A stretch of 63,901 nt of DNA, filler included, from Chiloscyllium plagiosum (lineage: Eukaryota), in assembly GCF_004010195.1 (NCBI RefSeq). It is 5 parts of 2 records of this genome, joined end to end, with 100 filler letters (N's around TTAATTAATTAA, not from the genome) between each part and the next. Parts side by side here need not be neighbours in the genome. Positions count along the whole stretch, not along the records: positions 15,152 to 45,738 come from NC_057713.1; 4 more parts are not named here. The stretch is one strand, 5' to 3'. The notes under the pieces were generated by a model that ran no database searches, was not told the DNA's origin, and saw nothing but the letters and a program-made list of their open reading frames with translations. Each line of letters starts with the position of its first letter. The stretch's first letter is position 1. The position numbers and the translations under genes were made by a program. Below, one piece after another: positions 26,850 through 38,439 of the stretch.

Positions 26850-27125
26850 GCTATTCAGACCATTGGGTTGTACTAACACAGAGGAGCATCCTGCCCATTC
26901 ACTGTGACCCCACATTTACCATAGTTAACCCACAAGCTTCTATAGTCCTGAACACTACAGGGCAATTTAGCATGGCTAATCCATATACCCTACACATCTT
27001 TAGACTGTGAAGGAAACCTACACAGACACAGGAAGAACATACAAACTCAGTCACCCAAAGCTGGAATTGGACCCAGGTCTCTGGTATAGAGGCAGTAGTG
27101 CTAACTACTGCATTGTCCACATATG
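26850..27125 (-). mobile_element. HE1-like / V-SINE, degenerate
   Basis: Reverse-complement similarity to 24370-24660 (GGGCAATTTAGCATGGC). Confidence 0.7.
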
Positions 27126-28049
27126 CAGCCTGACTGGTTTAGCGATCATAGAATTTGGTGTTTTTACTTTAGATTTCTAGTATCTGCATAACTTTGCTGG
27201 TGGATTATTACTACCATTACTTGCAACTACCTAGATGGTAGTTCATCCATCTTAGTTTATGTTTTCCTGCTGCCAACCTTCAGGGTAGTTTGGGAACAGA
27301 ATGCAGATATACACTCTCCCAATGTTGAGTTTCTAGGGCAAAGGCCTTCCATTAAAACACTAGTTGCAGCAAGAGGACCACCTTCTCGGACTTGGTGCCC
27401 CTTTGTAGGGAAGGTGAAAATATTTGCAGAAATACAGAGCTAGGTGATCCACAGCCAGTCAACCATATCAAAACTCTGCAGTCCTGCTACATCCAATCAT
27501 GAATGGTGGTGTGCACTTAAGAGCAGAGCTATGAAGACATCCCCATCTTCATGGATGAGTATGCCTGTGCAAAAGACAAGTACTTACACATCCCATTCTA
27601 GCTGTCTGTCCAGTGGCGACAGCACTCTGGACAACCTACCTACCTTTTGGGGCTCAGTCTGCTGCTATGTACCATCTCACTCACATACCCTGACATGCCA
27701 CCTGGCCACCTCTAGCGTGAAGGCACGTAGGACAGCCCACAAGCCTTCCCCATCTTGGCCTGCACCTGGTTCAGCTGCTCTGACACCTTCTGATCACCTC
27801 AAGGACAGTCTATTCAGATTAGGCCTTCAGACAGCACACTCAATGGCCTATCCACCTTCTGGCTCTTGGGAGTGACTGGCATTGGGACAGCCTTACCCAC
27901 TTTCAGGTGGGCAGGTGAGCCTATGCACCCTCCAGCTTCAGGATGGCGATGGAGCCTCCCAGCTCACAGTAAGGCCTGCTAGATGCAGGGATACACAAGA
28001 CACTGAAACCCAGCAAGCAACAAGACAGACACAAACAATCCCTTCTATT

Positions 28050-30260
28050 CAAAGAAGGTGCAGAGATTTGTAGCTAGGGTGCTCGTTGTAGTTCAGTTTG
28101 CCGAGCTGGGAATTTGTGTTGCAGATGTTTTTACCTGTCTAGGTGACATCCTCAGTGCTTGGGAGCCTCCTGTGAAGTGCTTCTGATCTTTTCTCTGGCA
28201 TTTAGTGGTTTGAATCTGCTGCTTCCAGTTATCAGTTCCAGCTGTCTGCTGCAGTGGCTGGTATATTGGGTCCAGGTCAATGTGCTTGTTGATTGAATCA
28301 GTGGATGATTGTCATGCCTCTAGGAATTCCTTGGCTGTTCTGTTTGGCTTGTCTTATAAAATATTGTCCCATTCAAACTCATGTTGCTTGTCATCTGTGT
28401 GTGGCTACTAAGGATAGCTGGTAGTGTTGTTGGCATTTATGGATGTGGATTGTTAGCTGTCTTCCTGTTTGTCTTGTTTTATGCAGTCCTTGCATGGGAT
28501 TTTATATGCGATGTTGGTTTTGCTCATGCTGGGTATCAGGTCCTTTGTCCTGGTGAGTTGTCTGAGTGGCTGTTGGTTTATGTGCTGTTATGAGTCCTAG
28601 TGATTGTAGTAGTCTGGCTGTCAGTTCAGAAATGTTCTTGATGTATGGTAAAGTGGCTAGTCCTTTGGGTTGGGGCATGTCCTCATTCTGTTGTCTTTCC
28701 CTTAGGCATCTGTTGATGAAATTGTGGGGGGTATCTGTTTTTGGTGAATACATTGTAGAGGTGTTCTTCCTCTTTTGCAGTTCTTGTGTGCTGCAGTGTA
28801 TTGTGGCATTTTTGAAGTGTCTTGATGCATCTGCTTTGGTGTGTTGGGGTGGTTGCTTTTGTAGTTTAGGACTTGGTCTGTGTGGCCTTTCTGTATACCT
28901 TTGTGGTGAATTCTCTGGTCAATGTTCTGTACCATCACATCTAGGAATGGGAGTTGGTGGTCCTTTTCTTCCCTTGCTAGTGAATTGGATTCCTGCGAGT
29001 GTGACATTGATCTGGTGTGTTCTCTATTTGTGTTTAATGATTACAAAGTTGTCCACATATGACTATTGACAAACCCCTAGCCAGAGAAACAATAGCCAAC
29101 CTACTGGACATAGGTTCACTGTCTTGTCTGTTCTAAGAAAGACTGCATACTCAAACTACTGGACCTGTACCTTCACATTCAACCAAATATGAACAAATCA
29201 ATGGCACATCTATGGGCTCACCCATCTCTGGACTCCTTGCATTACAGCTTCTGCCAAGATTAGAACAAGCAGTCTTACCACAAATTCAACCCAAACTCTG
29301 GGTCAGATATGTGGATGCAACCTTTATAATCATTAAAAACCACAGAAAGAGAACATCCACCAGATCAACACAGGAATCAGATTCACTAGGAGGGGAAGAA
29401 AAGGACATCCAACTCCCATTCCTAGACATGGTATAGAGAACACTGAACAGAGAATTCAAAGGTATACAGGAAAGTCAGACCAAATCCTGAACTACAAAGA
29501 CAACCACCCCAACGCAAGTTGCATCAAGACACTTAAGGGCCACAACACTGCAGCACACCAGAACTGCAAAAGAGGGACACCTCTACAATGTTTTTGGCAA
29601 AAACAGATACCCCCACAATTTCACAGATGCTGAAGGGAAAGACAATGGAATGAGGACATGCTACAACCCAAAGGACTAGCCACTTTACCATACATCAAGA
29701 ACATTTCTGAACTGACAGCCAGACTACTACAACCACTAGGACTCATAACAGCACAAACCAACAGCCACTCAGACAACTCACCAGGACAAACGACCCGATA
29801 TCCAGCATGAGCTAAACCAATGTAGTATATAAAATCCCATGCAAGGACTGCACAACACTACAGGACAAACAGGAAGATAGCTAACAATCTGCATCCATGA
29901 ACACCAACTAGTCATGAAGCAACATACCAGCTATCCTTAGTAGCCACATGCAGATGACAAGCAACATGAGTTTGACTGGGACAACACTATTATAGGACAA
30001 GCCAAACAGAAAAGCCAGGGAATTCCTAGAGGCATGGCACTCATCCACTGATTCAAACAAGCACATAGACCTGGACCCAATATACCAGCCACTGCAGCAG
30101 CCAGCTGGAATGGACAACCAGAAGCAGCAGATTCAAACCACTATAAATGCCAGAGAAAAGATCAGAAGCACTTCACAGGAGCTCCCAAGCACTGAGGATG
30201 TCACCTAGACAGGGGACAAAATGTCTGCAACACAAATTCCCAGCTTGGCTAACAGAACAA
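28050..30260. mobile_element. Fold-back (inverted) Penelope-like insertion with RT/GIY-YIG remnants on both arms
   Basis: Arms ~28085-29060 (-) and ~29290-30260 (+); MGSPISGLLA..KLWVRYVDATF (PLE RT); TSD CAATCCCTTCTATT / CAGTCCTTTCTATT. Confidence 0.88.
30192..30226 (+). ncRNA. Hammerhead ribozyme core (degenerate), third PLE family
   Basis: GCA-CTGAGGA-TGTCACCTAGACAGGGGAC-AAAATGTC-TGC; GAAAC decayed; mirror copy at 28123-28155 (-). Confidence 0.55.
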
Positions 30261-31647
30261 CAGTCCTTTCTATTACAGGAAGAAACCAAACTGTTCTCTT
30301 CAAAATGTAGAGTCCATTCCAGAGTGTAAAGTACATTGTCAGAAATATAGAGTCCACTCCAAACTGCAGAGTCCATTGTTAAAAACCCAGAGTCCACAAC
30401 CAAAGGCAGGGTCCACTCCTGAAGGAGGCAAATACACCTTACAGCACATACAGGTGTTTAATCTCCATGAGGCCTAGCCCATCCAGAGAGAACCAGGCCC
30501 ACTCAGAAGTACTACTTTTTAAAAAAGGTGGTATTAACTCAGGGGTTTGGTCCACTCCTGAAGGCAGGGTCCACTTATAAACTCTAGGATGCAGCAAATG
30601 CTCACCTAGCACCCACAGGTGTTCAGTCTTTAGAGGCCTAGTCCACCAACAAAGGCCAGCCTACCCACAGGAACAGCTCATCTGAAAAGGAGGTATATTT
30701 TCTAAAAAGGCTCAGTCCAAACACCAAAAAAAAACCTAGAATGCAAGGGCTAAACGCTGCCACAAGTAACAGGCTCTAACCAGCCAGTTAAAGAACAGTT
30801 CCTGAGAACAGAGTTACATCTGAAACACTAACTGAAGATCAGGCAGTGAGAAATCAGTCCTCCAAAAAAAAGGAATACCAGTTAACAAAACTGCCTTTGT
30901 AAACCAGCCAGTTTAGGTATCAGGTTCTTAAAGAAACTAAATTTCTAAGTTTTAAACAGTAAATAGTTAACAAAGCAGTTCACCAAACACTATGTACATG
31001 GGAAAGGGCAGCAAAGCCAAACCACAGTGCAGTGTGCATAGAACACAGACCTAATGTAAAAAACCTGTCCATACCACATACTGATCAGACAGTCCTTGGC
31101 TAATCTTCCAGTCTCTGGCTGCCCTGCTTACTGACTCCCCAAGTCTGCTTTCCTACAAGCTGGTTGGCCTTTTGGCTCCCAGTCACCCCATGTACTAACC
31201 AAACCACCCCCCAACCTGCTTTCCTACAGTCAAGCAGTTGGTCTTCTAGCACCTAGCCACCCTGCAACCTTGCTGACCCTTTCTCCTGGCCAGCGTTCCT
31301 ACAGATTAGCCATCAGCTGTCAGACTCCCAGCCTCTGTGTACTGACTAGCCCCTCCCAAGTCAGCCTTCCTACAGAAGGAAGTCAGCCACCTGGTTCAGC
31401 CTCACATACTGACCAGCCTGCCCTATACCAGCTTTCCTGCAAAGATGCTTTCAGTTTCCTCATCCAGCATACTGACAGTCCCACTTTCCTTCAGGCTGGT
31501 CAACCATCCTGCTTCCAGCCAGCCTGTGTACTGGCTGCCCCTCCCTTGACATGCTTTCCTATGATGATTGTGTCAGCTGCATAGCCCCCAGCCACCTTGT
31601 ATACCAAGACTCTCCCCCTCCACCAGCCAGCTTTCCCCCGGGCCAGT

Positions 31648-32145
31648 CTTTGACCATCCAGCTCCCAGCCACCCCATGTAATGACTAGCCCACTCTGGAC
31701 TGCACTCAATTACAAAACCCACACCCAAAAATCTTCAATACAATTTCCAGTACAGGAGTCCATGTAGCAAATGTAGTCCAGGATGTAGCAAATACTCACC
31801 ACCTAGCACAGGTGTTCAGTCTCCAGAGGCCTGGCCCTTCCAGAGAGGAACAGCCCACTCAGGAACAGTACATTGTGAAGCTGCAGTTAACTCAGGCTTT
31901 GACCATCCAGCTCCCAGCCACCCCATGTAATGACTAGCCCACTCTGGACTGCACTTTGGGTGACCACACCCAAAAATCTTCAATACAATTTCCAGTAGAG
32001 GAGTCCATGTAGCAAATGTAGTCCAGGATGTAGCAAATACTCACCTCCTAGCACACAGGTGTTCAGTCTCCAGAGGCCTGGCCCTTCCAGAGAGAACAGG
32101 CCCACTCAGGAACACAGTACATTGTGAAGCTGCAGTTAACTCAGG
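31648..32145. repeat. Direct tandem duplication of 249 bp
   Basis: CTTTGACCATCCAGCTCCCAGCC starts at 31648 and 31897; both copies end GCAGTTAACTCAGG. Confidence 0.9.
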
Positions 32146-35100
32146 AGTTTGTTCTAGTCCCGAAGACAATGTTTAGTCCCAAAGGCAGAGTCCATGCCAC
32201 ACAGTCTTTAGAGACCTGGTCCATCCAAAGGGCCAGGCCCACTCACAGGAACATAGTACATTGTAGTTAACTCAGTGGTTTGGTCCACTCCACAATGCAG
32301 AGTCCACTCCAGGATGCAGCAATTGCTCACCTCCCAGCACACAGGTGTTCAATCTTGAGGTCTAGTAATCCACAAACTTTCCAAGATGAGCTGGCAAGAT
32401 GTATTTTTCTCAAGGGCTCAGTCCAAATGTCAAAAAAGTGAAACTTTTTTTGGAGAAGTACAAGGGCTAAGCCCTGCCACAAAATCAATGTAGTCCTTTT
32501 CTCAAATTAAAAAAGGAGAAAAAGTTACAGGAAGTAACCTAGCCAGTTAAACAGTTCCCTAGGAAAACTGAGTTACACCTGTAGCACATACTGTTTAAAT
32601 CAGCCATTTTAAAAAGTCAGGCCTCAATTAAAAAGGAATGCCAGTTAACAAACTTGCTATATGGTTCAGCCAGTTTAGGAATCAGATTCCTTTTAAACCA
32701 AAAGCAGCAGTAACATTGACTGAGTCAGTCAACACAGTCAGTCCCCTAAACTGAGGAGACTCCAATTCTCCTGGTTATATTTATTTTAAACAATTACAAA
32801 GCAGTTTACAAAAAAAACAAACATTAACAGCTGTATACAAAAAAAACAGCAATTTTATAAAGGGAAAGGAGCAGCAAAGCCAGGCCCTGAAACCCTACTG
32901 TTCAACCAGTTTACAGGGAAAGGACAACAAACCTCAAATCCCAGTTTCAAATGTTACAAGACAGCAACAGTGACATTTGTACATAAAGACAATCCAATTA
33001 CAGAAAGTGCATATAATACAGACCCAGCAAGCCCCTGTCCCTCCCACCTTCCAGCCACTAAGGCAGCCCACCCCTATGCACCTTCTGGCTCAGTCCACCT
33101 GACCTTTCAACCACCTCTAGGATAGCCCACCCCAGTACCCAACTGGGGTGACAGCATGGAGGATGGCTACCTGCCTTCTGTCTCTTGGTCTGCCCCCACG
33201 TACATTGGGCTCTCACCCACCCTGATGTGCCAGGTGGCACATGGACTGCCCTGACACCTTCTGACCACCTCTAGGTGAGCCCATCCTTTTCCCCCTAGGA
33301 TGACAGCACACAGGACAGCCTCAAGTCTTCTGGTTCTTGGCCTGCCCCTACGCACCTTCTGGCTTTCGGCCACTAACACCTTCAGACCACCTCTAGGACA
33401 GCCCATCCAGATTACCCCTTCTCAGGATGACAGTGCTCCACCTTCTGACTCTCAGGGAGACTGGCATCAGGGTGGCCTACCCACCCTCTGGCTCTCGGTG
33501 ACAGCTTTCACAATGACCCATGAGCCTCCCAGCTCACAGTAAGACCTGCCAAACCCAGTAATACACAAAAGTGCAGGTGATAGACCCAACAAGCAACATG
33601 ATAGAGTTAGTCATCAAAAACAGAATCCTTTCTGGTACAGAGCCCAAATATAGAGTCTTCAAAATATAGAGACCATTCCCAGGAATGCAGAGTCCACTCC
33701 AGTTTACAAGGTGCATTGTCAGAAATGGAGTCCACTGCTAAAAACAGGGTCCACAACCAAGGGCAGAGTCCACTCTTGAGGCAGAAAATGCACACCACAG
33801 GTGTGCAGTCACCATGGAGTCCTGGCCCATCCTTGGAGAACCAGACTCAGTCACAGGAACATAACTGGTGCAGTTAACTCATAGGGCTTTGGTCCACTCC
33901 TGAAGGCAAGGTCTTCTCCCAAACTCCAGGATACAGCAAGTGCACACCTCCCAGCACATAGGTATGCAATCTTCAGAGGCCCAGTCCCAGGGCTAGGCCT
34001 CCCTACAGGAACAACTCATCTGGTAAGATGTATTTCTTCACAAGGGTTCAATCCAAACACCAAAAACAGTGAAGACAAAAAACTGGAGCCCAAGGACTGA
34101 GCCCTGCCATAAAAACATTTGTCCTTTTCTCAAAGAGAAAAAAAGAGTAACACAGGCTGCAGCCAGCCAGTGAACAACAATCCCCTAATGAGAACTGAGT
34201 TACACCTGAATCACATTTTACACATCAGGAAGTTAGAAATCAGACCTCACTAAAGGAATAGCAGTTAACAAGCTGGCCAAGTAATTCAGCCAGTTCAGGA
34301 ATCAGGTTTCTCTTCCCCCCCGCCTCCAAAAAAAACAGAAACCAACTGCAACTGTAACACTGACTGTGGCACAGAGTCCATCCCTTATAACTAGGAGATT
34401 TAGTCTCCTCTGTTTATCAGTCAGCTAAGGCTTTCCTGATTGACTGAACCAGTCAACACAGCATCAGTTCCCTAAACTGAGGGGACTGCAAGTCTCCTGG
34501 TTATATTATTAAACAAATTACTAAACAGTTAACATTTACAGCTGTATTTAACAAGGGAGGGGAGCAGCAAAGCTAGGCCCCCAAACCCTACCGTTCAACC
34601 TGTTTACATGGAGAGGAGGACAGACCTCAAACCCAAGTTCCACATATAAAAGACAGTGACAATGACATTTATACACAAAAAGCTAATCCAGTTACATAAA
34701 CAGCACATACAATACAGACCCAGCAAGCCATCTCTCACCTTCCAACCACTGAGGCAGCCCACCCCTACATACCTTCCAGCTCTTGGTCCACCCTATGTCC
34801 CTTCCAGTTCAGTCTGCCCTGACACCTTTCGACCACTGTTAGGGCAGCCCACCCTGGTACCCATCCAGGATGGCCTACCCACCTTCCAGCTTCACTAACC
34901 ACCCTCAGCACCTCTCAACCACCTCTGGGGCAGCCAGTCCCAGTACCTGCCCAGGGTGACAGCACCGAGGACAGCTATCCATCTTCTGGCTCGGTCTGCC
35001 CCTACGTACCATTAGGCTCTCACACCCTGATGCACCATCCAGCCAGTGGGCCATCCTGGAACACCTTCCGGCCACCTCTAGGACAGCCCACCCCCTTTCT

Positions 35101-37239
35101 TGGGGGACAGCATGCAGGGTAGCCCACAAGCCTTCTGGATCTCAGCCTGCCCTACGTGCCTTCTGGCTCTCAGCTGCTCAGACCTTTCAACCACCTCTAG
35201 GACAGCCGTCCCAATCACCCCTTGGGACAACAGGGCTCAGAACAGCCTACCCACCATCCAGCTGTCAGGGTGAGCACTTTCAGGACAACCCATGAGCCTC
35301 CCAACTCACAGTAAGACCTACCAGACCCAGGGACACAAGACAGTGCAGGTGATAACCCAACAAACACCACAATACAGTTAGTTGCCAAAAAACAGTCCTT
35401 TCTGGTACACAGTCCAAATGTAGAGTCTTCAGAATACAGAGTCCATTCCCAGGAATGGAGTCCACTCCAGTTTGAGAGGTATTGTCCAAAATGGAGTCCA
35501 CTCCAAACTGCAGAGTCCACTCCCAAAGGCAGCAAATGCATAGCACACAGGTGTTCAGTCTCCATGGAGTCCTGGCACATCCTTGGAGAGCCAGGGCCAC
35601 TCACAGGAACAGTACATTTTAAAGGTGCAGTTAACTCAAGGGTTTTTGGTCCACTCCTGAAGGCTAGATCTTCCCCAAAACTCCAGGATACAGCAAGTGC
35701 TCACCTCCAGCACACACACATTCAATCTTCAGAGGCCCAGTCCCAGGGCTAGGCCTCCCTACAGGAACGGCTCCTCTGGTAAAATGTGTCTTTTACAAGG
35801 GCTCAGTCCCAACACCAATAAAAAGTGAAGACATAAAAAAAAACAGAAGAAAACTAGAGTCCAAGGGCTAAGCCCTACTACAAAGTTAACATTATCCTTC
35901 TCATACAAGAAAAAGGTTAACACAGACTGTAACCAGCCAGTGAAACAACAATCCCCTAATGAGAACTGAGTTTCACCTGAAACACATTATGCACATCAGG
36001 AGTTTAACAATCAGTCCTCACTAAAAGGAATGCCAGTTAACAAACTAGCTAAGTAATTCAGACAGTTCAGGAATCAGGTTTTTCCCCCTCCCAAAAAAAG
36101 GAAAGCAGAAACTAACAGTAACACACTGACTATAACACCAACCAGCATAGAGTCAGTCCCCTAAACTGAAGAGGCTCTGAATCTTCTGTTTATATCAGTC
36201 AGCCAGGGCTTTCCTGATCGGTCCAGGTTAACAACCCCAATCATTGACCTCGTAGTCAATGAGGTCAACCTGATTCCAATCACTACAGACCAAAACCCAC
36301 AGGTCATTAGTTCAAAATTGAAACTTGAAAATAAATTAGCTTAATATATACATATGATGCACTTTACATCAGAATTGCAATATTCTGAACAATTTTACTG
36401 TAAATTTGTGCTCCTCACAATGCTCCGCATGAAGTTTATCTGTGTCTGCCTCATGTAAGTTCAAATACATATCGAGTTGTAAGGTACAACTAAGTACAGG
36501 TATCATTTTAGGGGAGTAATTTAGGGAAGTAAATTTACCTTTAAGATTATATGGCTGTAAAGCAGTGATAGGAACGGAGTCACTTTTCTCTGACTGACTA
36601 AGTGTACTGTTAGTTAAGTCAGACAGGTCAACACCATTCCATCTTACTCTTGAGGACTGATCAATCAGAGTGAGGTTTCTTCTATTTAGTTATGGCTATC
36701 CGAACTGGTGATGGATAGAGTTCTATCATCTGACAAGAGATAGGAATTTAATCACTGGCCTATGCACCTTAATCCATTTTTACATTTAAGGGTACTAAAC
36801 ATTGGACATATTTTTTCAGGTTGGCATCCAGAAGCCAATTTGTAAGATTCATCATGTTTTGATTGTGTTTTTATATATATTTGCTCATGAGGCATGGGTT
36901 TCATTGGCTAGCCAGCATATATTGCCTATGTACAAAGCCATGAATGCAACATACTCTGAGGAAAATGAGACAATGTGCAGAACTGGCATTTTTAAAAGTT
37001 ATTTATGTTTCTCCACTCACTACCTTGCTTTCAAGAAATAATTCCATTTTTGTGATTGATACCAAAAAATTATGGTAATGCTAATTGTGGTTTACTGTAG
37101 TACATTGATTAGCATTTGTAGATCTTTTTAAAAAGCTGTCTTAATCCTGACTGTGGAAATATTCCCTATGCTTCAATGGGTACTTCCCTCCCCCCTTTAG
37201 GTTGGAATGGTTATACTCAAACGTTCATATCTTTGTGTT

Positions 37240-37600
37240 CCTTCATTAGATGTGGAGGTCACTTTTATTTGTCCTTAATTTCCCGTTAATTGAATGAGAT
37301 GCTAGGCCATTTCGGAAGGCAGGTAAGAGTCAATCATATTGTTGTGTGTCAGGAATTGTGTGTAGGATTAAGATGGCAAATTGTCTTCCTTCAAGGAAAT
37401 TTGTAAACCAGAGGAGAATTTTATAACAGCCTATGATCATAGTTATCATTACTGAGATTAGCTTTCAATTTCAGATTTATTAATTGAATTCCAAATTCCA
37501 CCAGCTGCCATGGTGAGATTTAAACCCAAATTTCCTTGGCATTAACCTTGACGTCCAGATTATTAATCCAATGACACTGACACTGCACCACCATCATCCC
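37240..37600 (-). mobile_element. Old tRNA-derived SINE
   Basis: Minus strand begins GGTGGTGCAGTG (box A-like) with GGGTTTAAATCTC (box B-like). Confidence 0.55.
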
Positions 37601-37777
37601 CCACATTCTTCTTTTCTTTATTGATATCTAAAGTAATCAAATGAGCAGAATTATATATTGTACTCATTTGTCCAATATGTTACAATTGTGATCAATTTTC
37701 AAGGTTATCAATGTCTATATTATTCTTGTGTCATGAATGATTCTTAAACACAAAGGCATGTTTCCTTTCATTTGCAG

Positions 37778-37925
37778 TTCTTTCCTCTGAGTTAAAAAGA
37801 AATGACAAAAACGTTAAAATACCAACAGTGACTCAAGCAAATGGAATTCAGGGGTGTAAGACTAAAAATGTTCAGCAGTCACACAAAGAATTTACAGATG
37901 GTACACCTGAAACTCATGCTTTCAG
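37778..37925 (+). CDS. Candidate internal coding exon (148 nt), host gene unidentified
   Basis: Acceptor tttcctttcatttgcAG, donor CAG|GTAAGA; open frame LSSELKRNDKNVKIPTVTQANGIQGCKTKNVQQSHKEFTDGTPETHAF; lies in non-repeat sequence. Confidence 0.5.
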
Positions 37926-38439
37926 GTAAGAGCAGAAATAAATAAATACTTTAAAATCCTTTCCTTCAATCTACTTTATTGACTGTAATTAGATTTCTAG
38001 GAGACAATCTAATATTGATGACCTTTAGTTTTACTCTTCCCCACAACTGGGAACATTCTTTTTGTGAGTACTCTATAAAACCTTGCAAGATTGAAAGAAT
38101 GATATTAGGTTATTTATTTTGAAGAGAAAAGTTCATCAATTTGTTCACTTTACCAGGTAATTCTGGTATCATTTTTCTAAGTTTTTTTTAACACCTTCTC
38201 CCGTCCCTTATATCCTTTAACTAAAATAGCACACAGAATAACAACACTAACTGTGGTATTAAAAAAGTTTTATATAAGTTTAGCAAAATATCCCCAGTTT
38301 TGAATTTGATTCATGTATAAATTAACATTAATATGATTTTGTGTTTTTTTAATGAGTTTATTAACCTGTTTTCTAACGAAAGAATAATTCGTAGTGGTTT
38401 AGTTTTCTGCTGTCACAAAATTACATCTCATGTCTCCCC

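Larger units (their letters stand above)
27590..36287 (-). repeat. Unclassified composite tandem repeat: four ~1.7-kb units ending in an LTR-like segment, interrupted by Penelope at 28050-30260
   Basis: Anchor CAAGGGCTAAGCCCTGCCACAA-like at 30744, 32461, 34091, 35862; C-rich and GAGTCCACTCC sub-blocks recur; the minus strand begins TGTAGTGATTGG at 36287. Confidence 0.8.

Noticed and set aside
35400..35660. CRISPR array
   Set aside because: Eukaryotic context, 11-nt motif too short, irregular related spacers, no cas genes.
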